Notes under the pieces: generated by a model
The model's input: only the letters and a program-made list of their open reading frames with translations
Database searches by the model: none
Told to the model about the DNA's origin: nothing
Translations under genes and position numbers: made by a program
DNA from: Hyalangium minutum
GTDB taxonomy: Bacteria; Myxococcota; Myxococcia; Myxococcales; Myxococcaceae
DNA length: 64,000 nt
Reading direction: 5' to 3'
Assembly: GCF_000737315.1 (NCBI RefSeq)
Contig: NZ_JMCB01000010.1
Span: 1-64,000 of the forward strand
Part shown: piece after piece, positions 40,401 to 52,229 of the stretch
Layout: each line of letters begins with the position of its first letter
How positions within the stretch are numbered: the first letter of the stretch is position 1

Positions 40401-41411
40401 CGCGCACCACTCCTCATAGGGAGAGAGCTCCACCACGCGCACCTGGGAGTTCGCGCCCAGCAGCAGCCGCAGCTGCTCCGTCACCTGCTCATTGAAGCGG
40501 TGTTGGCGCCGCAGCACCTCACGCCACAGCGGCGCGGCGGCACGCACTCCCGCGGACAGGCCGGGCAGGTTGAACGGATCGCTCAACCTCCAGAGCGAGC
40601 TGAGCAACTCCTTCGCGCTCGCGGCCTCCGCCGCAGTCGGGGGTGTCCCGTCCCGCCGGGCGAGCCGAGCCAGAGCCTCCACCGCCTTGGCGTTCCACGC
40701 GGCCTGGGCCCGGAACAGCTCGCGCAGCACGGGCCCCAGCGCCGACAGATAGGAGCGCTTGGCCAGCGCCACGAGCGCCCCCGTGCCCACGCTCCGGTGG
40801 GAGCTGACGCTCCACGCCGTGGGGTTGGCCAGCGGGACGAGCCGGCTCCAGATGCCGTCCGCCTGCTGCCGAGCGCCCGCCTTGCCCTGGAGCGCGAGCA
40901 GATCATTGAGCGAGGCGATGAGCGCCTCATTGAAGCGGTGCTGGGGGCGCAGCAGCTCCATGTGGAAGGGCTTGAGCCCCCGGAGCACCGCGCGCTTCGC
41001 CGCCGTCACGGCCTTCCCCACGCCTCCGCGGTGCGAGCCTGGCACCAGGAAGTCCATCACGTGGGGCGAGATGTTCACCGGGCCGTGCGCGGCTGGCGTC
41101 GCCGGGGGCGCAGGCGGCACGGCAGTCCGATGGCGCAGCTCCTGGAGGAGCATCCGCAGCGTGCGCTCATGCGCGACGAGCTCGGAGGCCCGATCCTCCC
41201 CGCTGCCGCGCAGCTCGTCGATGACGAGACGCTCGGCCGCCACCATCTCCGCCAGCTCGCCCACAGTGGGCTGGCCCTGGTACACGTAGCCGCCCTCGTC
41301 GCTCAGCGCTCCCTGCCGGGGCAGCGGGCGTCCGGCCGGGGCCTGCTTCTGACGGTTCCGGCGGCCGCCGCCAGAACGGGACGGGGGGTTCTTCTTCTCT
41401 TGGTTGGACAT
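37452..41411 (-). CDS. ~1319-aa paralogous multidomain glycosyltransferase; first GT2 degenerate
   Basis: Same architecture as 33402-37316; the first GT2 has FMELGD in place of FFDHDD. Confidence 0.9.
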   Translation of the reverse strand: MSNQEKKNPPSRSGGGRRNRQKQAPAGRPLPRQGALSDEGGYVYQGQPTVGELAEMVAAERLVIDELRGSGEDRASELVAHERTLRMLLQELRHRTAVPPAPPATPAAHGPVNISPHVMDFLVPGSHRGGVGKAVTAAKRAVLRGLKPFHMELLRPQHRFNEALIASLNDLLALQGKAGARQQADGIWSRLVPLANPTAWSVSSHRSVGTGALVALAKRSYLSALGPVLRELFRAQAAWNAKAVEALARLARRDGTPPTAAEAASAKELLSSLWRLSDPFNLPGLSAGVRAAAPLWREVLRRQHRFNEQVTEQLRLLLGANSQVRVVELSPYEEWCARVEPEQRAEAEREAEELESPPLISVVAVGTNVSEAEVRATLGSLLKQSYGEWELCIASTGTVSRKLSTWVEMQDAEDERIHIVTESVGNDPARAYEAARALAQGEIIAFMELGDELAPHALAEVARRTRAEIDFDVLYADEDQLDENRRRREPFFKPDWSPDLLRSCHYWGSLLVVRRSLLERVGGHQPGLVGFHGYDLALRLSEQTQRITHVPRVLLHRRATAPGPLANVPVPQAGPGRRVLAEHLRRLGEQGEALVSPSGTLRVRYPVQGTPRVSIIVPFKDKPELLETLVTSFVKYTRYPNVELLLISNNSTKPETFALLETLTDPRIRKLTWDHPFNYSAINNFGVEQATGELLLFLNNDIEVIEEGWLEELIGQAQRPEVGLVGARLLFPDGTLQHAGVVVGLGGYAGHPFTQLAPTASTPMGRADWTRNYLAVTGACVMMRRTIFEQLEGFDECFIVCGSDVELGLRAVEHGLRVVYTPHATLIHHESATRKTDSIPENDFWRSYVAYRRWLYGGDPFYNANLTLLGSDGSFRGTEDAQSLAIQVLLGELPSSRVDDVTAARANHVRHLSGQVRALDYSVEVVERSRAEAPRQLAALRSEGLRRVTWFVPGFGHPYGGVHTILRFGDLLKRRHGVENTIVIYDTPRVTPREMEARIAPLFPEPPGQFHIIQRSEDLAGLPPSDLAIATLWTSAYVMLQYPRAKARAYFIQDFEPLFYPAGSYYALAEQTYRMGFYGIFNTQGLHDHVTANYPMEGCWFEPTVERSVFHARRPARKGPVRLFFYARPSTDRNAFELGLATLSQLKKELGNAVEIVTAGEKWDPAVFGVQGVIHNYGILPYEKTGDLYRECDVGLCFMFTKHPSYLPFEMMACGVTVVTNDNPANLWLLEHEKNCLLAEPTYSCVLTQLRHAVQDASLRARISAAAVERVTRTTWEEQVDKVYAALMGLPVSRAELPHPGELRQPVSFPTSSFRAGRS

Positions 41412-41418
41412 GGGAGGC

Positions 41419-42792
41419 TCAGGAAGCGTTGGCCCGCGCGGGCTGCACGGCGTGGCGGGTGGAGGGAATGGCATCCACGGACCAGACGTGCGGAGGACGC
41501 GCCACCCCGGTGTCCCCGAGAGCGGAGCGCACGGTGAATCGGGACTGGCCCTTGTGCTCGTCGTACGTCTTGCCGTCATGGCCCTTCACGTACACGTCCA
41601 GGATGTAGTCGCCAGGAGTGAACGTGACCCGCTGCAGGGTCAGCCGCACGGTCCCCGCGGGAGGCAGCGGGCATGGCAGGGACACGGACTCGAGCGAGGT
41701 ATGGGTGCCGTACACCTGGACGCCATCCGCCCGGCTCACGGAGATGCCAAACGTCGCATCCTCCACGGGCTGCCGGGTGGTGAAGTCGATCTGGATCTCC
41801 AGCAGGTCCTCGGTGTCCACCGAGGTGACCTCCGCCCCCGCGGCTCCCCGCAGACTCACCCGGGACAGCTCCACCTCACGGCTGCTGGGGCGCGCGTTCG
41901 AGGCGTCGGTCAGCTGCCCCTGGGCTCCAGGCAGAGGGACAGGCGTCACAGGCACCTGGGGCAGCGCGCCGCCGTCCTTGGCGATCGCCGCCGGGCCCAG
42001 GACCATGGACTGCTCCTCCGCCAGCGCCACGGCCTGCCGGTACTCCTGCGTCACGTCCTTGGGGGGACCCACGCGGCGGATACGCCCCGCGTCCACCCAG
42101 ACGGCCAGATCACACCACTTCTCCACGGTGACCAGATCGTGGGTGACGAGGACAATCGTCTTCCCCGCCGCCTTGAACTCCATCATCTTCGCGAGGCTCT
42201 TCTTGCCAAAGTGCTCGTCGCCCACGGCAAGCACTTCGTCCACGATGAGGATGTCCGGATCCACATGCGTGGCCACGGCGAAGGCCAACCGGGCGTACAT
42301 GCCGCTGGAGTAGGTGCGCACCGGCTCGTCGACAAAGTCGCCCAGCTCGCTGAAGGCGATGATGTCGTCCATCCGGGCGCGGATCTCTGCCCGCGTCATC
42401 CCCAGGATGATGCCGTTGATGATGATGTTCTCCCGGCCCGAGAAGTCCGGGTGGAACCCCGCCCCCAGCTCCAGCAGGGCCGAGATCCGTCCCCGCATCT
42501 CGATCTCCCCGGAGGTGGGCGAGTAGATGCCCGTCATCAGCTTGAGCAACGTGCTCTTGCCCGAGCCGTTGCGACCGATGATGCCCACCGTCCGCCCACG
42601 GGGAATGGTCAGGTCGATGCCGCGCAGCGCCTCGATGAACGTCTTGTCGGCCGCGCCGCGCTTGCCCTTGAGCCAGCGCACCAGCTCCGACTTGAACGTC
42701 GTGTACTCGCGCCGGATGGTGCTCTTCTTGAACCGCTTGATGACGTTGCGGATGACGACGGCGTCGCCATCCGGATGCGCTGGGTGACTCAA
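41419..42792 (-). CDS. wzt: Polysaccharide ABC transporter ATPase with Wzt C-terminal carbohydrate-binding domain
   Basis: GRNGSGKST, LELGAGFHPDFSGREN, YSSGM.ARL.FA, DEVLAVGD; TTG start overlaps the wzm stop (TTGA). Confidence 0.93.
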   Translation of the reverse strand: MSHPAHPDGDAVVIRNVIKRFKKSTIRREYTTFKSELVRWLKGKRGAADKTFIEALRGIDLTIPRGRTVGIIGRNGSGKSTLLKLMTGIYSPTSGEIEMRGRISALLELGAGFHPDFSGRENIIINGIILGMTRAEIRARMDDIIAFSELGDFVDEPVRTYSSGMYARLAFAVATHVDPDILIVDEVLAVGDEHFGKKSLAKMMEFKAAGKTIVLVTHDLVTVEKWCDLAVWVDAGRIRRVGPPKDVTQEYRQAVALAEEQSMVLGPAAIAKDGGALPQVPVTPVPLPGAQGQLTDASNARPSSREVELSRVSLRGAAGAEVTSVDTEDLLEIQIDFTTRQPVEDATFGISVSRADGVQVYGTHTSLESVSLPCPLPPAGTVRLTLQRVTFTPGDYILDVYVKGHDGKTYDEHKGQSRFTVRSALGDTGVARPPHVWSVDAIPSTRHAVQPARANAS

Positions 42793-43568
42793 ACGACCTC
42801 CGCGAAGTCCTCGCGGCGGCGCTCGAAGAGCTCCGACGCCATCCACAACAGCACCGCCGCGATGCCCATCCACATGGCCAGGGGACCGGCTGCCGGCAGC
42901 TGGTGATCGTAGAAGATGGACTGGTAGGACGTGACCATCACCGCCATGGGGTTGGCCAGCACCATCAGATCCCGGATCTGCTCGGGGATGGTCGTCACCC
43001 GGTAGAAGATGGGCGTGACGAAGAACCACATGGTCAGCAGGTTGCCGACGATCTGCTGCAAGTCCCTGAACGTCACGTTGATGGCGGACAGCAGGTAGAC
43101 CAGCGCCAGCGTCACGCACAGCTGAACGAACATCACCACCGGGAACAACACGATGTGCCAACTGGGGTAGTGCCCCAGGAAGAGCCCCAGGCCGATCAGC
43201 AGCGGCACCGAGAGCACGAAGTTGCACAGGTTGGTGGCAACCACCGTGGCCGGCAGCACCTGGGCCGGGAAGCGCACCTTGGTGAGCAGATCGCGCCGAT
43301 CACTGATGGAGCTGGAGCCCGCGCTCACCGAGCTGGAGAACCAGATCCACGGCAGCAAGCCAATGAACATGAAAAACGCGTAATGCTCGATCTGCTGCCG
43401 CATGTAGACGGAGAACAGCAGCGTGTAGACGAACATCTGCAACGTCGGGTTGAGGAACGTCCACAGGAACCCGAGCACCGAGCCCCGGTAGCGCGCCTTC
43501 AGCTCTCGCTGGATGAGGCTGAGCAGCAGGCCCCGGTATTGGTAGATCTCACGGAGGTTACGCAACAT
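42789..43568 (-). CDS. wzm: Polysaccharide ABC transporter permease
   Basis: RELKARYRGSVLGFLW.FLNP...FRDL...FFVTPIFY...NPM. Confidence 0.94.
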   Translation of the reverse strand: MLRNLREIYQYRGLLLSLIQRELKARYRGSVLGFLWTFLNPTLQMFVYTLLFSVYMRQQIEHYAFFMFIGLLPWIWFSSSVSAGSSSISDRRDLLTKVRFPAQVLPATVVATNLCNFVLSVPLLIGLGLFLGHYPSWHIVLFPVVMFVQLCVTLALVYLLSAINVTFRDLQQIVGNLLTMWFFVTPIFYRVTTIPEQIRDLMVLANPMAVMVTSYQSIFYDHQLPAAGPLAMWMGIAAVLLWMASELFERRREDFAEVV

Positions 43569-43819
43569 GCGGCGGTATCCCTACACCAGATGAGCGGCTG
43601 GCCGCGAGCCCCCCGACTTCCGCGCCTGTCCGCCCCCGAGCCGCCTTGCCCGGCAAGCAAGCGCGAGCGGCCTCCGCCGGTGGATCCCTCTGCGCCGCGC
43701 CCCCAGCGCACCCGCGAACCGAGGGCACCTGCCCCTTCGGTCCGTGGCACCCCATCCTACATGCTCCTGGTGGATTTTTCCGTTGCATTTCCAAGGGATG
43801 GACAGCTCCCCGCTATTCG

Positions 43820-46800
43820 ATGGATCCTCACGAGGCCGTGAGAGAACACACACACTCCCCTGCCAGCGGTGGAGCGCGCCAGCTCTGGAAGGAAGCGCGG
43901 ACCTTCGCTGACATCCTCCGGCGTCGCGCGGCGGAGCAGGGGCAGATTCCGGCCTTCACCTTCCTGGGTGCGGAGGCCTCCGAGGATGTGACGCTCTCGT
44001 ACGGAGAGCTGGATCGGCGGGCCCGCGCCATCGCGATGGAGCTGGAGAAGCGCAGCCTGTCCGGGCAGCGCGTCCTCATCGTCCTGCCGCCTGGCCCGGC
44101 CTCCGTCGCCAGCCTCTTCGGCTGCCTCTACGCGGGGGTGATCGCCGTCCCCGTGCCGCCGCCGCTGTTCGATGCGCCGGGGCTGGAGCCCAAGCTGCTG
44201 GCCGCCATCGCGCAGGACTCGGGTGCGGCCGCAGCGCTCGTGGGCGGTCCCCGCCCCGCCGAGGGTCAGCGCCTCACGATTGAGGGCCTCGCGGCGCACA
44301 TTGATCTGATCCCCACCGAGGACGCGGCCTCGGCCTCGCCTCCGGCCGATTGGACGCCGCCGTTCGTGGATTCGCGCGCCATCGCGCTCCTGCAGTACAC
44401 GGCGGGCACCGCCAGCACCCCCAAGGGCGTGCGGGTGACGCACGCCAGCCTGCTCGACAACTCGGAGGCCCTGCGGCGCGGGCTGGGGCAGACGGCCTCG
44501 GACAAGTTGCTGCTGTGGCTGCCCACGCACCAGGGGCTCGGGCTGCTGGAGGGCGTACTCCAGCCCCTCTACACGGGTCTTCCCGCCGTGCTGCTGCCGC
44601 CCTCGGTCTTCTTCCAGAAGCCGCGGCGCTGGCTGGAGGCCATCTCCACCCACGGCGCCACCATCAGCGGCGCGCCCGACTTCGCCTACGAGCTGTGCGT
44701 GCGGCGCGTAAACGAGGCCGAGCGGGCCGGACTGGATCTCAGCCGCTGGCGCGTGGCCTTCTCCAGTGGCGAGGCCGTGCGCGCGGAGACGATGGAGCGG
44801 TTCTCCTCGCACTTCGCCCCGTGCGGGTTCCAGCCCAGGGCGTTCCGGCCGGTGTACGGGCTCGCGGAGTGCACGTACGTGGTGGCCAGCAGCAGGTCCG
44901 AGGATGGGCCGACCCTCCGAGGCGTGGGCGTGGATGCCCTGTCCCAGCAGCGCATCACCGAGCGCCGCGGCGCCGCGACGAAGCTGGTGAGCTGTGGCCC
45001 TGCCTCAACCGTGCAGGTGATCATCGTCAACCCGGCCACGCGCGCGCTGCGCGGAGATCAAGAGATCGGCGAGGTGTGGGTAACGGGCCTGAGCGTCGCC
45101 GATGGCTACTGGGGCCGGGTGGGCACCACCTCCGAGGCCTTCCGAGGGCGCTTGTCGGGCTCGGCCGCGGGCATGCGGGCCTTCATGCGAACCGGGGATC
45201 TCGGCGCCACCTCGAACGGAGAGCTGTACGTCACCGGCCGCATCCAAGACGTGATCATCTGGGAGGGCCAGGACCTGCGCCTCCATGATCTCGAGTTCGA
45301 CGTGGAGGCGAGCCACCCTGCGCTGGTGCCCGGCAGCTGCGCGGCCTTCGCCCACAAGCAGGGGCGCGAGGAGCAGTTGATCGTCGTCGCCGAGGCCTTC
45401 CCGCCCGGCACCTCCCAGGCCGCCCCCGTGCGCATGGAGGCGCTGACGCGCGAAATCACCCGCGCCATCCGCCTGAACGTGTACCAGCGCCACGGCGTGC
45501 AGCCCACCGAGCTGCTCCTGCTTCGCGCCGGGACCCTGCCGCGCTCGTCGCTGGGGCGGGTCTCCCGGAACGCCGTCCGCACGGCCTACCCTACCTTCGA
45601 GTCCGAGCCGCTCCTGCGCGACCGGGGCGAAGAGCCCACCGAGACGGTCTCCACGCTCCAGGTTCCCGCTCCCACGGCTGCGGTTGCCACCCGCGGTGAG
45701 GCGGAGCCCGAGGGGACAATCCCCACGGGGCTTGTGCCGCTGACGCCCGCGATGCACGCCGTCCATGCGCCGGCCCATGCGGTGGAGCACCCCACCGGTG
45801 CGTGCCGGGTGTTCGAGCTGCCGCAGGGCACCCGGTGGCAGCACGTGGAAGAAGCGCTGCACGCCGTGTGGATGGCGCACGAGACGCTGCGCCTGCGCTT
45901 CGCCCGCTCCGAGGCAGGAGGCCCGGAGGCCTGGGCGGCGGCCATCACCCCCGAGAAGAGCCCCGTGCCGCTGACGCGCATCGAGCTCTCCACGCGTCCG
46001 GATGAGGAGTGCTGGCAGTTGGTGGAGCGCACCGCCCGGGAGCTGGGCCTCGAGCTCGGCCAGTGCATCGGCAACCTCGCCTCGTTCGTCTTCTGCGATC
46101 GCGGGCCGCGCAGCCCGGCGTGGCTCCTGGCCGCCTGCCACCCCTCCCTGCTGGATGAGTCCTCCTGGCGGATCCTCGCCACGGATCTCGCGGAGGCATG
46201 CGAGCAATCCCGGACGCGCGGACGCGTGCGGCTGACACCCCAGAGCGGCTCGCTCACGCGGTGGGTCCAAGAGCTCATGAACGAGATCCAGCTGCCGCGC
46301 ATCGCCTCCGAGGCTCGCGCACACTGGCTCGCCCGAGCGCCCGTGCCGGCTCCGGCGCGTCCCTCTCCCGCCTCCCAGGAGCTGCCCGCGCCAGGAGCCC
46401 TCGCCGTGATCGACGCGGCGGCGCTGCGGCGGGCCTCGACACTCTTTGACGTGTCCCAGGAAGCGCTCCTGCTGGCAGCGTGCGCCCACGCCTACGGCAC
46501 GCAGCTGCAGCGGCCCACGGTCCGCATCGGCCTCGAGCAGAGCGCACGCGTCAGCAGCCACTACCCGGTGGATGCCTCGCGCATGCTGGGCAACCTGGAC
46601 TTCTCCTTCCCTGCCACCCTGGCCCTGGAGCCGGATGCCGCGCCCCAGGAGGTGGCCCGCTACGCCCACGCTGAGTTGCTGGGCGCACCGCTCGGAGGAC
46701 TCGCGTATGACGGCCTGCGAGCCTATGGCGCGGATCGCGCGCTCGCCACGTCGCTCACGGCGCTGCCCGCGCCCGACTTCACCCTGCACCTCGCCGACGA

Positions 46801-47086
46801 GGGTGCCCCTTCGAGCCGCGAGAGCCTGCACACCCTGGCCATCTTCGAGAGCGCCTTTCCTCCGGGACAGGGCACCGCGCGGATGCGCGTGGAGGCCCGG
46901 CTGTCCGCCGAGCGGGCCCAAATCCTGTGGCACGGCACCACCTCGGAGGGAGTGCTGCTGAGCTTGTTGGCGCAGAAGACCGAGCAGACGATCCGCGCGC
47001 TCTGTGCCCAGGCGGATGGCAATCGGGCCGCTCCCGCGCAAGGTCCGGGTGCCGCGCGGACCCCCACCGCTCAGAGCTCCCACTGA
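43820..47086 (+). CDS. Fatty acyl-AMP ligase fused to a condensation/epimerization-like domain, motifs degenerate, no carrier domain
   Basis: FAAL motifs (YGELDRRARAIA, LQYT.G...PKGV, WLP.HQ.LGL, YGLAE, RTGDLG); C/E-like region with CHPSLLDESSWRILATDL. ATG chosen at 43820. Confidence 0.8.
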   Translation: MDPHEAVREHTHSPASGGARQLWKEARTFADILRRRAAEQGQIPAFTFLGAEASEDVTLSYGELDRRARAIAMELEKRSLSGQRVLIVLPPGPASVASLFGCLYAGVIAVPVPPPLFDAPGLEPKLLAAIAQDSGAAAALVGGPRPAEGQRLTIEGLAAHIDLIPTEDAASASPPADWTPPFVDSRAIALLQYTAGTASTPKGVRVTHASLLDNSEALRRGLGQTASDKLLLWLPTHQGLGLLEGVLQPLYTGLPAVLLPPSVFFQKPRRWLEAISTHGATISGAPDFAYELCVRRVNEAERAGLDLSRWRVAFSSGEAVRAETMERFSSHFAPCGFQPRAFRPVYGLAECTYVVASSRSEDGPTLRGVGVDALSQQRITERRGAATKLVSCGPASTVQVIIVNPATRALRGDQEIGEVWVTGLSVADGYWGRVGTTSEAFRGRLSGSAAGMRAFMRTGDLGATSNGELYVTGRIQDVIIWEGQDLRLHDLEFDVEASHPALVPGSCAAFAHKQGREEQLIVVAEAFPPGTSQAAPVRMEALTREITRAIRLNVYQRHGVQPTELLLLRAGTLPRSSLGRVSRNAVRTAYPTFESEPLLRDRGEEPTETVSTLQVPAPTAAVATRGEAEPEGTIPTGLVPLTPAMHAVHAPAHAVEHPTGACRVFELPQGTRWQHVEEALHAVWMAHETLRLRFARSEAGGPEAWAAAITPEKSPVPLTRIELSTRPDEECWQLVERTARELGLELGQCIGNLASFVFCDRGPRSPAWLLAACHPSLLDESSWRILATDLAEACEQSRTRGRVRLTPQSGSLTRWVQELMNEIQLPRIASEARAHWLARAPVPAPARPSPASQELPAPGALAVIDAAALRRASTLFDVSQEALLLAACAHAYGTQLQRPTVRIGLEQSARVSSHYPVDASRMLGNLDFSFPATLALEPDAAPQEVARYAHAELLGAPLGGLAYDGLRAYGADRALATSLTALPAPDFTLHLADEGAPSSRESLHTLAIFESAFPPGQGTARMRVEARLSAERAQILWHGTTSEGVLLSLLAQKTEQTIRALCAQADGNRAAPAQGPGAARTPTAQSSH

Positions 47087-47113
47087 CGCCCTCCGGGGAG
47101 AAGACAGGTCCGC

Positions 47114-47448
47114 ATGTCCCAGACGGAGCTCCGCCGTGCCGCCGAAGCCATCCGCTCCGCCGATGCGCTCCTCATCGGCGCGGGCGCGGGCATGGGAGTG
47201 GACTCGGGCCTGCCCGACTTCCGCGGCAACGAAGGCTTCTGGAAGGCCTACCCCGCCTACGCGAAGCTGGGCCTGGACTTCGCCTCGATGGCGAACCCCG
47301 AGGGGACTGGGGCTGGGATGAGACACGCGCGAGCGCACAGCTCCGCATCAACGTCCGAGAGCCCCAGGTGCCTGCGGAAGGCATCAGACTCCCCCTCAAG
47401 GCCTTGGAGGCCCTGAAGGGGATCTCGGAGGAGTTGGAGCGAGCCTGA
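47114..47448 (+). pseudogene. Sir2-family NAD-dependent deacylase, internally deleted
   Basis: N-terminal LLIGAGAGMGVDSGLPDFRGNEGFWKAYP, then a C-terminal-like LRINVREPQVP...LPLKALEAL in another frame; the catalytic core is absent. Confidence 0.8.
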
Positions 47449-47454
47449 GCCCGC

Positions 47455-48879
47455 TTACTGCGCGCTCTGCTGCGCCGGAGGAGCGAACCGGCCGGCGGCC
47501 TTGAGCACGCGCAGCGCGGCCAGCGAGGCGTTGAGCGTCTCGCCCACGAACCCCGTCTCCGCCGCCGCGAGCGCCGTGTTGGCGTCCGTCACCTCGAGGT
47601 AGGTGGCGGTGCCCGCCTTGAAGCTCACGTCCACCAGCCGCTGGCTCTCGCGCGCCAACTGCAACTGCCGCTCGGCCTTGAGGCGGTTGGCGCGGGCGCT
47701 CGCGAGATCCAGCAGGCCCCGGCGAATCTCATCGCGCACCTTGTTCTCGGAGTTGGCGGCGTTGGCCTTCGCCTCGGCGATCTTCGCGCTGCTCTCGCGC
47801 AGCTCCGCCTCGCGCAGGCCGCCGTCCCAGAGCACCCACTGCAGGCCCACGGTGACGAGCCAGCTCGTGTTCTTCCCGGTGAAGCCACCCACGTTGGCCC
47901 AACGGTACGCCGCGGACAGGCCCAGCGAGGGCGCGTACTTCCACTTCACCGCGCTGCGCCCCGTCTCGGCCAGATCCACGCTGCGCCGCGCTGCCGCCAC
48001 GTCCGGACGGTCCTGCAGCGCGCGCTCCAGGTCCTCGATGCCCTCGGGCATCACAGGCTCCTCGGGCACCACCACGTCGAAGTCCGCCGGCTCGTTCATC
48101 AGCGTGGCCAGCGCCTGCAGCGTGCTCAGGTAGGAGTTGCGCGCGCGCACCAGATCCTGCTCCGAGCGAGCCTTGTCGATCTGCGCGCGCAGCAGCGCCA
48201 CCTTGGGCTGGGCGCCCGCGTCGAAAGTCAACTGCGCGTCCTTCTCACGGGCCGTCTGCACCTCCAGCAGCCGCTCCTGCACCGTGACGGCCTCCTTCAG
48301 GCCGGCCGCGCCGAAGTAGAGCTGCGCCGCGCCGAAGAGGATCTCCCGGCGGGCCGCCTCCACATTGAGGGCCGCCACGTCCTCGGCGATGTTCGCGCTC
48401 TTGATGGCCATGCACAGCGCCGGCGCGAGCAGCGCTTGGTTGAGCTGCACCTGGGCGCCGAACTGGTTGTAGACCTGGATGGGCGCGGTGATGACGCCCG
48501 TGGGCACCAGCCCCAGGTTGGTGGGAGTACCCGGCAGGGTCGGATCGTCGGTGTTCTGCGGCGCGCCAAGATCGCGGACCGCGTAGCCGGTGGGCAGGGA
48601 GATGGAGGCCTCGTCACTGTTGCGCGTGTACGAAGCGCCAGCGGAGATCTGCGGCAGGTAGCCGCTCCACGCCTTGGAGGACAGTTCCTGAGCCTGAGCC
48701 AGGCGCGCGCGGGCGGCCTGCAGGTCCAGGTTCTGGGACTCCATGCGGACGAGCACTTCCTGGAAGGTGAGCTTCCGGGAGACGGCGGCAGGGGCGGCAG
48801 GGGTCGCCGCGGGAGCGGCTTCGGGGGGAGCCTGGTCTACGGCCAGGGCAACGAGGGCAACGAGGGCGAGGGGGCTCAT
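47455..48879 (-). CDS. TolC-family outer membrane efflux protein
   Basis: Signal peptide, N.DLQAARARL, YLPQISAGASY, second repeat P...LSAAY and terminal AG.ATYLEV.DA. Confidence 0.9.
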   Translation of the reverse strand: MSPLALVALVALAVDQAPPEAAPAATPAAPAAVSRKLTFQEVLVRMESQNLDLQAARARLAQAQELSSKAWSGYLPQISAGASYTRNSDEASISLPTGYAVRDLGAPQNTDDPTLPGTPTNLGLVPTGVITAPIQVYNQFGAQVQLNQALLAPALCMAIKSANIAEDVAALNVEAARREILFGAAQLYFGAAGLKEAVTVQERLLEVQTAREKDAQLTFDAGAQPKVALLRAQIDKARSEQDLVRARNSYLSTLQALATLMNEPADFDVVVPEEPVMPEGIEDLERALQDRPDVAAARRSVDLAETGRSAVKWKYAPSLGLSAAYRWANVGGFTGKNTSWLVTVGLQWVLWDGGLREAELRESSAKIAEAKANAANSENKVRDEIRRGLLDLASARANRLKAERQLQLARESQRLVDVSFKAGTATYLEVTDANTALAAAETGFVGETLNASLAALRVLKAAGRFAPPAQQSAQ

Positions 48880-49095
48880 GACACCCTCCTAAGCACTGCG
48901 AGGCGCTGCGATGAGTGGCTCATAAAGGCGGGTTCTGCGGGTTGAGGAGAGAACTGCGGGACGGGAGCAGATACACCCTTCCCGTGCGGGCTGGAGGCCC
49001 GGAAATCACTCAGGGCACGGAGGGAGGGGGTTACTCACCCCGCTCCGTCCGGGAGGCGGGCGAGGCGTATCACCCCCGCCCTCCGCACCATGAAC

Positions 49096-52200
<3,105 letters not shown>

Positions 52201-52229
52201 AGTGGGTCTATCCGTTCAATCCGTCGGAG

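Noticed and set aside
33270-41537. Very long + strand ORFs (1344 aa and 1293 aa) opposite the giant glycosyltransferases
   Set aside because: Antisense shadows typical of high-GC3 genes; no motifs, and the - strand frames carry clear GT motifs.
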